This document shows, in pieces, positions 62,901 to 64,000 of a stretch of DNA of 64,000 nt; the stretch's first letter is position 1; the number at the start of each line of letters is the position of its first letter. The notes below the pieces were generated by a model. That model had not been told where the DNA came from. It did no database searches and was given only the letters and a program-made list of their open reading frames with translations. The stretch lies in NCBI RefSeq assembly GCF_006345805.1, contig NC_043012.1, forward strand, positions 42,594,001 through 42,658,000. The letters are read 5' to 3'. Made by a program: the position numbers and the translations under genes. This DNA is from Octopus sinensis. Taxonomy: Eukaryota.

Positions 62901-64000
62901 TTTTGGTTCGTAAAAGAGTATCCCCATGCACTCAGCAAACTGCTTACAGTGCTGGGGGACTACCCTGTTGAACTATGATTTCCAGATGGAGTTTTTGCCA
63001 TCAATGAAAATGAGTCATGCAGACGGACTGTCTAGGCTAATTCCAAAATATGAGGAACCTTTTGAAAACACGGTGATTGCATTGTTAAAACTAGAAATGG
63101 AACTGAAGAACATTTTGTGCAATGTAGTACATGATTTGCCAGTAATGCTGGAACAAATTAAATTGGAATCAGGAAAAGATAGGTTCATAAACAAGATTTA
63201 AAAAATTATGAGTAACATGAAAAATATAAATGAGCAGAACACAGGTTCAAAGCACTATTCGGTATGTGATGAGGTATTATTATATGCACAAAGAGTGGTA
63301 ATACCTGAAGCACTGCAATACAGAGTATTAAAAGACTTCCATGTAGGACATCTGGGGATTGTCTGGATGAAGAGCCTCATGAGGAGTTACATTTACTGGC
63401 CAAATATGGACAAGCAAATTGAGAGACTGGTAAAACAGTGTAGGGGATGCGCTATGGCAGTAAAGGCACCCCCAGTGCAGATCCAACCATGGCCAAAAAT
63501 GGATTCGGCATGGTCTAGACTGCATGTGGATTTCGCAGGACCAATAAATGGCTTTCATTATATCATCGTGGTGGATAGCTATTCCAAATGGCCTAAAGTG
63601 TGTAAATTTTCAAGGCCAACCACAAGTGTGACAACTGACTTCTTGGGAGAATTATTCGCTCGTTATGAGGTGCCAGATACAATCGCATCAGATAATGGTA
63701 CACAATTCACAGTGAAGGAGTTCGAAAGATTCTGTGAGTCAGTTCAAATGAAGCATGTGTTAACTCTGCCATACCATCCAAGGTCAAATGGGTTAGCAGA
63801 AAGATTCATCGACACATTCAAGAGAGCTTTAAGAAAGACCAGATGGGAGACCCTTGAAGATACAAAGATGACAAAGTTTTTGCAGGTGTATAGAATAACA
63901 ACGAATCCAAATGCAGAGTTGGGTAGGGTCACCTGCAGATTTGATGTTTTCCAGAAAAATTCGTTCTAGTTTTGATAAATTGTTGCAGAGTAGGAAACAG
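59961..64000 (+). mobile_element. Ty3/Gypsy (Mag-like) LTR retrotransposon, 5' part, decayed
   Basis: LTR TGTTG...TAACA at 59961-60178 and PBS-like TGGTGAC at 60180. Gag has a twin zinc knuckle CYGCG...CFKCGKIGHIQMKC. RT WAAP/YPLP/YLDDI, RNase [18 protein letters not shown], integrase HVGHLGI/LHVDFAGP/DNGTQF/YHPRSNGLAER. Many frameshifts. Confidence 0.95.
62545..62777 (+). mobile_element. SINE inserted in Gypsy RNase H with 14-bp TSD
   Basis: AAGAAATTACAGCC (62531-62544) and AAGAAACTACAGCC (62778-62791) flank it. Removing it restores [12 protein letters not shown]. Confidence 0.9.

Overview
This is eukaryotic, very repeat-rich genomic DNA, most likely an octopus/coleoid cephalopod. That assignment is inferred by eye from the tRNA-derived SINE families, the RTE-type (GAT)n tails and the very long (TA)n tracts. 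It is not prokaryotic, and most ORF-track entries are microsatellite or transposon artefacts. The window opens with about 10 copies of a ~490-bp satellite (1-4907) and a 100-N gap. A dense set of transposable elements follows: RTE LINEs and RTE-tail SINE-like elements, Penelope-like elements (PLEs), non-autonomous and decayed Helitrons, a piggyBac remnant, two mariners, Tigger and Merlin remnants, foldback MITEs and the 5' 4 kb of a Mag-type Ty3/Gypsy element. The only host gene I can support is a SPRYD3 orthologue on the minus strand, with five in-phase GT-AG exons between 58101 and 39753; its first and last exons are not recognisable here. The main unexplained signal is a set of minimal type I hammerhead-ribozyme (HHR) motifs with palindromic stem III. 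Six lie in PLE-like termini. Three more (two complete, one half) lie in a 926-bp non-coding insertion at 42489-43414. That insertion is built from tandem and inverted copies of a ~330-358-bp unit and is bounded by a perfect 13-bp target-site duplication. It is a candidate non-LTR retrozyme sitting in a SPRYD3 intron. All alignments and folds were done by eye and none were computed.
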